64,000 nucleotides of DNA. Source: Octopus vulgaris. Lineage: Eukaryota. Made by a program: the position numbers and the translations under genes. Location of the stretch: the NCBI GenBank assembly GCA_951406725.2, contig OX597814.1, forward strand, positions 203,670,001-203,734,000, in the 5' to 3' direction. The notes below the pieces were generated by a model. That model saw nothing but the letters and a program-made list of their open reading frames with translations, did not search any database and had not been told where the DNA came from. Position 1 is the first letter of the stretch, and each line of letters begins with the position of its first letter. Of the stretch, positions 13,930 to 25,942 are shown piece by piece.

Positions 13930-15392
13930 AGAGATCCTAGTCCTTTGTCATCTCTGTCAGGCTTAGGGCCCTGAGGTCTTCCTTAACCACTTCATCCCAT
14001 GGGTCTCCCTCTATCACAAGTTCTAGCTACTTTTAGCAATCAGTGCATCCTTATTCAGCTGTGCTTGTCCATATGCATCACATGTCCATACCAACACAGT
14101 CTTCTTTCTTGCACACATCTGATCTCTCTGATGTCCAGTTTTCACTCAGCATATTTGTATTTATTCTTTCTTGTACATTCACTTTACACATCCATCAGAA
14201 TGTGCTTGCCACATTTCTTTCCAGGTCCTCTGCATTCATTCAGTCTGTCCTTCCCTCTTAGGGAAAAAATCTTTGTTTGCAGAGGTAGTAGTTCTCTGAA
14301 CTCTATCCAACCAGTCCTCACTCTAACTACTATACTTTCAGAGCAGTCACCTCCCTTGCTAATTACAGCTCTTATGTAACAAAAGCTATTAGCTACTTTT
14401 AGTGAGCCATCTGGACATTTAAGAGACTCAATTACTGGTGTGCTTGTACAAACTACTCCTTGTGTCTACCTCATATGAAATTTATATTTTTGGATAGTCT
14501 GCTTGAGATTCCATCACATCTCTTGTATGTCCATAGCTTACATTGAGTACAGTGTATGGAGTTTATATCTACTCCTTTTCTGCATATCAAGAGAGGCCAT
14601 TTCTTTGAAGGTACCAGAGTCCTGTCTTCTTTTTCATTTACTAAAACTTACATCTTTACTAAGTTTACCGTAAGACCTTTCAATTCCAGGTTTAGTTTCC
14701 ATGCCTGGAATTTCTTTAATTCCTTTATGGATTCAGCTTTGAGAACTAGATCATCAGCATATAGAAATAACCTCCACTGTGATGGCTTGTAGGACTATGA
14801 CAAATAGAGGACTGAGGACTGAATCTTGGACTCCTACCTTCATGCTAAATCATCACTGATCTCATTGCTAACTCTCACTTTACTTGTTGCATACTTGTAC
14901 ATAGCTTGAACCACCTGCACAAGCCATTCATCTACTCTTTTTCCTCAGTGACTACTGGACTACTGAATATGGTACCCTGTGAATTGCCCCCTCCAAATCA
15001 ATGAAAGCCAGGTATAGTGCTTTATTCATAGTCAGGTATTTCTAGTTGCACTAGGAAGATTTCATCTGTGGTGCCTCTTCCAGGGACAAAGCCAAACTGC
15101 ATCTCATCCATGTCTACTCTACCAAGGATCAATTGGGCTATGACTTTCTCCATGACTTTCATAACTTGATTTAGAAGTTTGATTCCCTTGTAGTTGCTTC
15201 TCTCTATGGCATTATCTTTACCCTTATCACAATTTTTGATGATATTACTATGTCAGTCATTGAGTACGACACTCTACTGAATGACTTGATCAATTATCCA
15301 GGTGGTAATCTTAAATCTCATTTTCCAGTTATTTTAAGCATCTTCATAACTATCACCAGTGGACCCTCAGCTTTCCCTCTCTTCATAGATCG
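13930..15392 (-). mobile_element. RTE-clade LINE reverse-transcriptase fragment, decayed
   Basis: Minus-strand translations give MKRGKAEGP (~15360-15386), MDEMQFGFVPGRGTTDEIF (~15060-15112), FLYADDLVL (YADD at 14750-14761) and WDEVVKEDLRALSLTEM (~13945-14000), with stops and frameshifts. Confidence 0.9.
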
Positions 15393-15399
15393 TTAGCCA

Positions 15400-15575
15400 C
15401 TACATATGTTTTTTTCTCTCCTTGTTTTTTCTGTGTCTCTTTCTGTAGAAGAGCATAGGCTCGAAACATAAAAGACTTTTTCTATTCCTGAGCGTTATAC
15501 TAATACATCTGTTTGTTTTGTACACCACCTGTCTTCGTCTTTTGTTTTTTTCGTAAACTTTCCCTATATATATAA
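15400..15575 (+). mobile_element. Penelope-like terminal-repeat fragment with hammerhead-like motif
   Basis: tcttt-CTGTAGA-A-gagc-atag-gctc-GAAAC-ata-aaaga at 15438-15475. The 3' part recurs inverted at 12330-12385. Confidence 0.55.
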
Positions 15576-18500
15576 AGAAAAAAAATGACCTATAATAACC
15601 AAGCAATAATGAATTTATATCTAATGGAACAGAGTATTAGGGAACATAAATATGAAAAAGAAAAAACATAATTTTAATTAACTGTTTAGAAGAAATGAAG
15701 TAAAGAATATGATAATGCTTCTGTTTTAAATGGTTGAACCAACTTTAAAATGCATTAATGCTTAGCAACATGAATCTTCTATTCAGATACTAGACCTTTT
15801 AGTGACTATTGTTCATATACCACTCCAGCATGCTAGATTATTGGCACAAAATAGATGTAAGCCTATTTTCTTGTTGCAATCTCTAACTTAATTTATGTAA
15901 TTATAATTCTGTGTGTACCATTGTGCTTTATGTCCATTCTTAGTTCTATTATGATTTCTTCTGTTGTGACCGTTACATGTCTAATCAAGACATAGCTTTC
16001 ATCCTATACACAGCTTTCTTGAAAACAAAAGAGAACTCTCTTTGTATATCATACTATAATAATGACCAATGTTGGTTGCAATTAATTCTAGTGTTGTGTT
16101 CTAGATACAGTCTAGACCCCATTCATATAGGAACATAGATCAAAGTAGATCTTATGAAGTATGCCACTGCCACCACTATTATGACAGTCATCATCCTTAT
16201 TGTCATTGTCATCATGCTGTTATTGCTGTCCTCATTCTATGTTGGCCTCATCATTGTCAGCAGGTGGACATATTAAAAAGTATCTCTGTACATAAAGTTC
16301 AAGGAAAAATAAAAAAAGTACACTAGTGAGTCACAGACTGTCTGCTGACATCAGGTGTCATATACCATACTCTTAACCACTGTCAGTACTACCTCCTCCA
16401 CTTCTGCCTGTCCATGAGAATTGCAGATCTCTATTCAGATAGCTATATAAAACACATCATGAATTTAATAATGGTCTAGTTAGGTGTGTGTATGTGTCTT
16501 ACACTTCACACACACTATGTGGAAAATAAAATGTTATATTTTAGAACTGATTATATTTGAAAGAAATTTGTGGCCTGTATATTGCTTTTATTTTTATCAT
16601 AAAGATAAAATATTTTTGTCAAGCATGTAATATCAGGTTTTTCAAAAGAAGAAAATGATGGAAAGTATATATTTGTCCATAAGTTATTTTAGAATTATTG
16701 CTCATGCCCCTGTGTTGAATATATGTCTAGCTATGTAGTTAAGTTCACTTTGCAACCTCTTAGTTCCAGGCTCAACATCAAGAAGTGCATTGCGCTGGAG
16801 AGAATGCCCTCAGCGCACTCTTTGGTAATAGGGAGAGTGCAGGCGTCAGTCTTAGAACTGAATCCCAAAATGACATTGTACAAGCACCAGTTCTGGAGAT
16901 CTGTAGCTTTCAATACAAAATGACATAGATCATGATGATTTGTCTAACCTATACCAGCATGGAAAGCAGATATAAAATGATGATACATGTTTGGAAATAG
17001 TTGTAAATACATTATTTTTAAAAATAATTACTTGTTTCTAGAAATATACAACATTAGTTACTAAGAGTTACTTTAAATATAGAGTAGTGAGACCTGTTGT
17101 TGTTTAACTCCAGGTCAGTTCTCAACAGTAGACTTATGATGAAAGGTGTTCTAGCATTGACCATCCTAACTCTTAGTATGTATATCTGGGACTACACTGT
17201 TCTGTGTAATCTTCATTTAAAATGGTGTTGGAGAGTGCTCTGAGGAAAATTTGGCTACTATGCTTAGTGATTACACAAGAACACCTTTATTATTTGATAT
17301 GGTTGGTCATCAGATATGAATTTAATGTTATTTCTATTGCATATGAAATAAAATCAAATCTCTACAAGAATATATAATTATTGATTTCAAATTTTGGCAC
17401 AAGGCCAGCAAGTTTTGAAAAGAGGTTAAGTCAATTACATTGACTGCAGTTCTCAACTGGTACTTATTTTATTGACCCTGAAAGGATGAAAAGCAAAGTC
17501 AAGCTCGGCAGAATTTGAACTCAGAACGTTAAGATAGGCGAAATGCCACTAAGTATTTTGACCACCATGCTAATGACTCTGCCAGGTCACAGGAATACAT
17601 AATTATTGATTAGTTATAACCAGTTAGAAATTTCCTAAAGCAAAGAAAATTATTTCTTTTTGTATTTTCATACAGTACCTAAAAGTCTCAAAATTGAAGG
17701 ACTATCTATCAATGATGATGTTGGTTATTTATATATGTGTGTATGTATGTATGATGTTGGAAATTTAAGGACTGAATTTTGAAAAAATTCATAAACCTAT
17801 GAATTGTGATGCTGCAATGTGAAAAATTCAACTGTTGTGTCTCGTAGCTTCTGTTTAGAGACTGAGTCTGTTGCTATGTGAACTAAAATGTCACTTGATT
17901 GTAGTCCAAATGTGTCAACTGTAATTTATATAGTCATAACCATTGATGCGCTGTTGCTCAGCTGAGGTAAGTGGAGTTAGTTAATAGTATTTTATTGACT
18001 GTGCTGCAGTTTGAATGATTAAATTACTGGAGTAAGTTTCATTGCACTTACTGTACCACTTTATTACCACAACATTCATTACTGATTAATGAATTTGAGC
18101 TCAGAGGAATTATCTCTAGAGCTTACAGCTTCACATTTCTAATTAATATATAGGTATGTATGTACATATATATTAAAGAGAGAGCTGTTTGACATTTTAA
18201 TCGTTTTGATACCATGAAATAGTATAGTTTGATCAGTTACACATTTTTATAGTTGTTAACTAATATTTATTTTAGTAGATTCAATAAACCTTTATCCTTA
18301 TTAAATTCTCTGTAACGATAGTCTATGCTAATTATCACAGTTCTTCTCAGGTAATAACTCTGTCTTTGGATTTAGCAGTGTGTTAGGGATCTGGAACTTC
18401 ATACTGTGATCAAATCAGAAAGGAGTTCTCCAATAAAATTTGCAATCATTCCAAGGCCAAAGTACAGATGAACTATTTAAGACATGCCACATTTTGTTTT

Positions 18501-19125
18501 AATATAATGGAGATGTTTCAGTGAAGATTTTTTTATATATCTCATGGTGTAGTAAGAGGATGACAGCCACAAGTTTGACCTTTTCCAGCTCCGTTGAGAC
18601 TGGTGGAGGAAAGTGAGGAAAAAACATGACTCAGATGCTTGCATCTAAAGGCCAAGTGTTAGTATTACACTGAAGGATAGAAAAAAGTCTATTACCAAAG
18701 TCCATCTGGTAGTTCCCAGTAGAGTTTCTACCTTCTCAATTCCACTTACAAGGCTTGCAAAAGAAGGTACATGGTCAAGGTACCATACAGTGGTGTTGAA
18801 CTCAGAATCACATGAGGGCAAAACTTCTTAACTGCATAGTCATGTCTTAAATGATTGAAAAAGAATAACCATAATAATTTTTCAAACCTCTTTCCTGCCT
18901 CCTTATGCTCTTTCATTTTAGCATGAGTTACATGAATATATTATTGAGGCATTGTTTTGCTTTTCAAGTAATGGAGATACCTTATTCCACACATCGACAA
19001 AGAGGCAAAGCCAGTGGATGAGCCACTAGCGCTAGAAATGACAGCAATGTAATTGGCATTTAAGAGAAATGCAAAGGCGCGCGCACACACACACACATGC
19101 ATGTACGCATGCACACACACGTGTT

Positions 19126-19176
<51 letters not shown>

Positions 19177-22100
19177 AAGACTTCTTTATGTGTTTCTCTA
19201 CCTAATCCACTTACAATGCTTTGTAGTCATGAACAGATATAGCTACCTTGGTCTTCCCACCTTTGACAAAGTGGAACATCTAGGATTGTGACAGCTGGAA
19301 GGAGATAGAGCTACACCAGCACTCTACTGAGTAGACAGGAGCAGCATGAAATGGAGTGAGTGCCTTGCTCAAGGACACACTGTGTTGCCTGGCTCAGGAA
19401 TTGAACTCCTGACCTTATGATTGAGTCCAACACCCTGACTCCTATCTACCATCTTTTTTTTTTATTAAGATTAATTGCACTTAATCCAACTTGTATTGTT
19501 AATGTCCAGTGGATCAATATTTACTTCAATGGTGAACATCTGAGATGTATAATGACTGAACTGCTTTCGAATTGTTAGTTACATAACTTACCTTTAAATC
19601 ATATTAGGCAGATACAATTCTTATTCCCAGAACATGAATATAAAACAATAACTGAACATTCTTTACTCTTCCACTAGTGTCGTTACTGATATGTACACCA
19701 CTATTGACATTTGCATAGGTGCACTTGTTGTAATTGGCTCATTATATCAAATATATTAATTTTCTTAATGAAAAAATGTTTTAATTTAAAATAAATTTAT
19801 ATTAAATTTATTTGGCAATTAAGAAAAGCTCAGTCACTAAATAATGATTAGCATCTAAATGCTACTCAACAATCATTAATAAATTCCTGGGTAAAAAAAA
19901 ATAATAAAAAAGAATGAAAATTAAATAATATAGTTGCAGTTGATGAATTTGTTGTAAAATAACTGATTCAGTTGGAAAGAATTCAATGTTTAAAAGTTCA
20001 TTGATGACAAACCCACTGGTTGAAAGTTAACTAAAAAGGCAAAGATATTGTAGCAATGGGGGTATGTGACACATTGTCTCAGCTGACTATGCATACCAGC
20101 TCCTTATAACATTGAAGGGAGAGGATACTCATAGTTCTTCCAGGGCTCCTCACAACTGAATAGTATGACACATTTTCAAATGAATGAATGTTACCCCCCT
20201 CTCCCCCACTTCTATCGTTTACCACATTTCTGTCACTAACACTTTTGATATTTGTGACTGCTTTTCCACTGCAGTTACTGCTAAATTATTTTCTCTTATT
20301 TTGAACTATAAATTATTTTTCTCACTTAGGAGATACAGATAAAAGGTAAATGTTGAAAAGTTGTATTCTATTTTGATTGCAAATATTATTGTATCTCACC
20401 TTTTGAAACCATTGGCTCACAGCTGATAATAAGGTTTATAAGTTTGTAATTATGCAATCTGGAAAGTTTGATATCAATACCAGGATGTACACAACATTTC
20501 TTCGAGGTAGGTTTTCAAATCCGTAGTCCAAATAGCTATACAAATTTGTTTCATTATATCCCAGTTTTCATATTCTTTCTATTTCATGTATTTTGTAATA
20601 TTAGTTTCTTTTTATTCAGAGAATTTTTTGGTTACTTTCAGTCTAAAAGGAATTATTTTTAATGAATTAAAAAAAGAACCAGTAATGAAAACAAAATTTT
20701 TAATGTGGTTGTTATGTATAAATAATTTTTTCTGTTACTGCATTAAGAAAGAATATTAATTGTACATAGAAGTAATTTGATATTAAATAGCTATTTAGTG
20801 CTTTTCATTATTCACTTAATTGTTAATGTGATCATTTTGGATCTGGGTATCATAATTATTTTGGGTCTATATTTTATGAACCCATTTAAAGAGTACATTT
20901 TATTTAGAACCAAAATTTTTTTTTTAGATATTCAAAAACAAAAACTTTGCCATTATATATTTCCTCCTTACATTTTACCTGTAAGTTTATTTTGAGAAAA
21001 ACAAAGGTGGAAAAAAACACTTTATGTGATATGAAAATACAGATTTCTCTTGCAATTCATTTGTTTCTATATATGAGTTAACAATCTGATAACAAAAACT
21101 AACGATGATTTTGAGTTATTTAAAGCATATGTAATGAAATTCTAAGTTAGTCATGTTAAGTATATAAGAAAAAATTACCTGAGCCACAAAAAAAAAAAAA
21201 AAAAATTGGCCCAGTACTTCCTATAAAAGTGGTTCATGTTAGGAAGAGTTTGACATAGTTGTCTGGTTTTGGGATTCTGTCAACCCATCTAACCCATGCC
21301 AGGTTAGTGTATAGTTGTTAAATGAGGACAATGCTAATGTTAGATGATCCTGGGTTTGATCCTACTGTGCAGGAGCTGTGTGTGTGCATGCATGTGCACA
21401 TGCATGTGCCCATGTTCTCTCACTAAGCAGTTTACGATAAAATAAGTACCAAACTGAAATAAGCTGTAGGATTGTCATGATTGGCTAAAACCTTGTACCC
21501 CAATATAGCAAAAGAAAATATAATGATATGATTGTTTTAAAAATAATTACTGCTTTGTTAGTTTCTGAAAAAAAGAGAAAAGAAAAAAAAAAGGAAAATT
21601 AAATTTGGAAGATTTATTTGAATGATCTCTGTTAGTCTGAATAGTGGGCCACCCATTATGTGGTGGTAAGTTCTTGTTGGATTAACTAGAATATTTTTGT
21701 CTAGTCTTGATATTTCAAAGAAAAGCATTAATATCAGAATTAACAATGCTCTTTTTTTTTCTCTCACAACTCACAGGCTCACTGACTAATTTAGAAATCA
21801 ATAATCATTTATCTTGATTAATAAAATATAAAAAGGCAACTTTTAAAATGAAAATAATGTGATGTTAATTTTGAAAAATAATCCAATGTTAATTTTTAAG
21901 ATGTTCTAAAGGAGATATTCACCACAAGTGCAACTTTTCCTATGATAATATGAGAAATGGATGTAATAAGATATAATTCCCTTGTAAGTCATGATGGCTC
22001 ACTTGGAGCAGAAGGGAGGGTGGGGATAGAGTGAATGAAATTGGTGTCATTTTATGTGGAGCTTGAAAATGTGAAAGTTACTGTTAGGTGGTGAAACTAT

Positions 22101-22564
22101 ATGACAAGAGGGAGGTTGTATTAAACTGGGGCAGTTCTCTGAATGTAGAGATTTGTGCTTGTAATATTTCATGTAGGGCTTAAGACAGACAGACATTCAG
22201 ATACACATGAGCATGTACTCAGACGCACATACACACACACACACAAATGATAAAGAGGGAAACAGACTCTTTTCAAAGGGTGTGTATGACATGTTTAGAA
22301 AAGTTAGTTGTTTACAGATATTCTACAAATTGCTTTCTGCTTTCTCATAGTCATTATCATCAGCAATTAATCAATTAATTTAATCTTAATTATTCTTACT
22401 GTTACACAATTCTCACAGTAAGCAAAGATAGAATTGTAAATATTTATAAATATTTTAGATTAGTTATTGAAATATTAATCAATATTGCAATAAATAAAAT
22501 TTCTCTCTCTCTCTGGCCATGATAAAATAGGTTGAACATACATACATACATAGATATATATATA

Positions 22565-22960
22565 TCATCATCATCATCATTTACCATCTGTTTTCCATGC
22601 TGGCATGGGTTGGACAGTTTGACTGAAGTCTGGAGAGCCGGCGGCTGCATCAGGCTCCAACCTGATCTGTCAGTGTTTCTACAGCTGGATGCCCTTCCTA
22701 ACGCCAACCACTCCGAGAGTGTTGTAGGTGCTTTTTATGTACCACCAGCACAGGAGTTAGTCAGGTGGGCCGGGCATCGATCACGTTCAGATAGTGCTTT
22801 TTATGTGCCACCAGCATGGGAGCCAGTCAGGGGGTACTGGTACCGGCCATGTTCAGATGGTGCCTTTTACATGTCACTGGCATGGAGCCAGTCAGGGGTA
22901 CTGGTATTGATCACATTCGGATAGTGCTTTTTACATACCACTGGCACAGGAGCTAGTCAT
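22565..22960 (-). mobile_element. RTE 3'UTR/tail copy with internal tandem repeats
   Basis: (CAT)n, ttccatgctggcatgggttggac, ctacagctggatgcccttcctaacgccaaccac, then about four gtgctttttaYgtgccaccRgca units. Confidence 0.85.
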
Positions 22961-22961
22961 C

Positions 22962-22987
<26 letters not shown>

Positions 22988-22992
<5 letters not shown>

Positions 22993-23460
22993 AATCCAAA
23001 CGGAAAACAAAAAAACAACAACAATGGAACAATTACAGTATTATTATTAATAGGCGCTCAGGAAATGGAAGCAGGGAGGTATGACGTTTCGAGCGGAGCT
23101 CTTCGTCGGAAACATAAAGAAGGAAGAGAGAGGAAAGAAAGATCCCGGAGCGGGCAACGGAGATAGAGAAAAAAACGACTGTTGTTAGGAGTTACACATG
23201 GTGAAAGGCGGATGTTTACGATAACAAGAGCAAAGTGGGTTTTTAAAGGCAAAAGAGTGGAGACAAGGTTGGTAACGCAACAGATGTGTGTGTATGTGTG
23301 AGTGTGTGCGTGTGTGTATGTGTGTGTGTGAGGCGAGATAAAAAAACAAAAAATAGATGTATGTGTTAGTGTGTGCGTCTGTGTGTAGGCGTGTGAGGTA
23401 GGGCGAGACGGTGGTCAGCATAGCAGCAGCATAGCAGACAAAGGTCAGTAGTAAGAAAAG
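22988..23460 (-). mobile_element. Penelope-like terminal-repeat fragment with hammerhead-like motif
   Basis: Minus strand gttt-CCGACGA-A-gagc-tcc-gctc-GAAAC-GTC-atac (23079-23113), followed by ttcctgagcg...taatac as in the 15400 element. CpG-rich, so probably young. Confidence 0.55.
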
Positions 23461-25589
23461 GGAGGAAATGAACTGTAAGTTTATTTCATGACTTGAGTTT
23501 TGCATCACTCATATTCAACATACATTAAGCGCTCTTCTCTCATTCATCTGACATCAATCATGTGTATAAGTGTATAAATGCAAGGGCAGCTGAGTGATTG
23601 AGAAGTTTGTTATGTAACCATGAGGTCTTGCATTCAATGCCACTGTTGGGTATTTTGGGCAAGTGTCTTTTACCATAGCTCAGTCAGTTTAAAGCATCCC
23701 TAGTACAACTGTATTGTATCAACCTTGTCACACACTCTCACAGTAATTCTGCCTGAGTATTGTGTGAAATGCAAATGTCTGTGAAATACTCAGCCACTTG
23801 TACTATTATACAATGAGTAGGCACTTCAGTTGTTTTAACATTTGGAGTATTTGTTGAAACCAACAAAGGACCATTTTACATTTTCTAAACATACACACAT
23901 ATACACACATTCAATCTCTTGTACAGGGTTATTTAGAAGTCCCTTTAGCATTGAAACAATATATAAATTTTAATTTTCCTTTTGTTACAATTTTGATGTC
24001 AATATTTTTTGATGGAGTTCACCAATGATTGTTTCTCAACCTCCTCTTATTTATCATGGTCCTCCAAGCCATAACAGGAATTTAAGTCTGGATAACCTTG
24101 TTCTTATAGTTGAATTGCTACAAGAATTAGATTAGAACTTTCAGATGTGGAAGCAAGGTCTGGAATCGGGAAAACAAACAAATCATAGATCCCTTCAGGG
24201 AGAGAGCCCTGTTCGACATGTAAAAAAAAGGTGAAGGCAGAAATTCCATATGGTGTACCCTGTGCAAACTGTGAGTAGGCCCTCTCACTCTGACTGTCCC
24301 TCTTTCTTTCTCTCTAACTCTCTCCTTCCTCTCTTTTCCCACTGGGGTAGCCAAATATCTCCTCTACAGTAAGACATCTCTCTGTAGCCCTCTTTTATAC
24401 TCTTATGCTTTCACCTGGCACAAAGCTACTTTTTATGGTTCCACTCCCTATCCCAGCTGAGAGGTCTTTGTCTTGCAAGTTACTTGGTGACCCTGCTGAT
24501 GTCAGTGCCACATAAACACCACCAATGCTTGTGTCTCATCAAAAGCACCCAGTACACTCTGTAAAATGGTTGGTGTTAGGAATGGTATCCAGCTGTAGAA
24601 ACCATGCCAAAGCAGCCAATTGAACCTGGTGCAGCTCTCCAGTTTGCTAGTTCCTGTCAAAAACCATCCAACCCATGGAATGCAGACATTAAATGATGAT
24701 GATGAATGGAGTATTGTCTAGGGGATCAGTTTGTGTTCTTTTTCTGGAACTTGTTTTTGAAGGTGAATTTTTTTGGTGAGGAAAGGAAATGGAAGCATTG
24801 TTGCCACTAACCACATTGGATTTGGGAGAAGTGAATAACTCATGTATTTGTGTTCAATGTTCAGGATGACCCTCATCACCATCATCATCATTTTACATCT
24901 ATTTTCCATGCTGGCATGGGTGAGATGGATCATCATAGTCCAGTGCTTGTATGATTCATTTGGCTCAGGCTTTACAGCTGGATGCTCTTTCTATCACCAA
25001 CAACTTTATGAAGTGTACTGTGTGCATTTTCTTTTTACTCCAGTACTGGTAACTTGGAATAACCCTCAGTGAATCAGGACTGTTGGGACCTTACAGCTCC
25101 TTACTTTCTCTGCTCATCTGCCAACAACTGTACAGGGTGCATCAGCACTAGAGAGGTTCTGATGATCACTCGTTCCTCTAAATGTGACATGATTTACTTG
25201 CTTTCAGTTGTGTCACCAGCACTAGTGATAGAATGAGAGGTTCAGATTGTGTCCCTCTAACAGCATGCTTCCATTTGGAAATCTTTTCCATTAGTGTCTT
25301 CTTACAAATTAGTAGCAGTCCTCAAATCAAAAGTAGTGTATTGATTGACTCAGGGGCCAGAAGCAACTTAAACTTTACTTCTCCCAAAGTCCACGTAGTC
25401 TTGAATATATCCAGTGTTGTTAATGTTTTCTGTAGCCATATGTTTCTAAGATTTGTAGCATACTGATTAAATAGTTTCTTAATGTTTAACAGTTATTATT
25501 ACATCATTATTTAATCCTTTACTAGTTCAGTTACCTACACTGGAACATCATATCATTTATTATTTATATCGTTTATATTATAAACAATA

Positions 25590-25942
25590 TAGGTATTGTT
25601 TTCAGTCGTGCTTATTTGGTTTTTTTTTTTTTTTGTGGATAAGATATCTCAAGAACCGCTGGATGGATTCAGATGAAATTTTCAGGGATGTTTGACCTCG
25701 TGACTGGCATGAACTGATTGGATTTTGGGGTCAATCTTGTATTAGACAAGGATTCTGGATTATTTTTCCTGTTTTTTTACTTAATTTTTGAGAGCAGTTG
25801 GACTCATTTTTAGTATTCTCATTTGTGAGAGCAGTTGAGTTTATTTCAGATATTCTCATTTTAAAAACCATCTCTGGCTAATCATTGAGAGGATGTTGGT
25901 GTTGCCTTGGCAAAGGTTTGCACTCTCTGAGTGCTCTTGTTT
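25590..25942 (+). mobile_element. Helentron-associated (HINE/DINE-1-like) non-autonomous element
   Basis: Starts aggtattgttttc, contains gatatctcaagaaccgctggatggatt..gatgaaattt, and ends ccttggcaaaggttt + hairpin gcactc-tct-gagtgc + tcttgttt. Confidence 0.7.

Noticed and set aside
22725-22950. CRISPR-like repeat-spacer pattern
   Set aside because: Eukaryotic context, degenerate repeats, spacers related to each other and no cas genes; it is the RTE 3'UTR array.
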